DNA of 62,756 nucleotides, filler included, from Perkinsus olseni (Eukaryota): NCBI GenBank assembly GCA_013115125.1. It is 7 parts of 7 records of this genome, joined end to end, with 100 filler letters (N's around TTAATTAATTAA, not from the genome) between each part and the next. Parts side by side here need not be neighbours in the genome. Positions count along the whole stretch, not along the records: positions 54,027 to 62,756 come from JABANN010000949.1; 6 more parts are not named here. One strand, 5' to 3'. Shown piece by piece: positions 62,684 to 62,756 of this stretch (position 1 is its first letter; each line of letters starts with the position of its first letter). The notes under the pieces were generated by a model. It saw only the letters and a program-made list of their open reading frames with translations, ran no database searches and was not told where the DNA came from. The position numbers and the translations under genes were made by a program.

Positions 62684-62756
<73 letters not shown>
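62684..62756. repeat. (ATT)n microsatellite running off window
   Basis: About 24 perfect units. Confidence 0.97.

Noticed and set aside
62684-62756. Telomeric repeat at window end
   Set aside because: Simple (ATT)n microsatellite without a G-rich telomere unit, near the 5' part of CFAP57.

Overview
Eukaryotic, intron-rich DNA, most likely from an alveolate protist such as Perkinsus (inferred from gene content and short-intron style, not proven). The window is a pseudomolecule of seven unrelated ~8.9 kb contigs joined by artificial N-TTAATTAATTAA-N linkers, so adjacency across linkers has no biological meaning. Recognisable content: a tetraspanin-like gene; a multi-exon GT7 (beta-1,4-galactosyltransferase-type) gene hosting two antisense tRNA-Val genes; a decayed non-LTR retrotransposon (CCHC ORF1; APE-RT-RNase H-CCHC ORF2); a tandem array of AAAP amino-acid transporter genes interleaved with a Hedgehog-type Hog (Hint+SRR) autoprocessing gene and its decayed copy; coiled-coil and GAF-domain genes with tRNA-Cys copies; three long-chain acyl-CoA synthetase paralogs; and CFAP57/WDR65 hosting an antisense tRNA-Lys. 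The most unusual signal is six short spliceosomal introns, mostly 46-49 nt, in unrelated genes. Each is largely filled by a tRNA 3'-half-like element with an intact Pol III B-box but broken T-stem pairing, and full and decaying intronic tRNA genes occur alongside them. Other oddities are recurrent perfect palindromes with 1-2 nt spacers (one frameshifts an ACSL P-loop) and an intronic GTATCTTAGGTTGAC motif family. All exon models were built by eye and are approximate.
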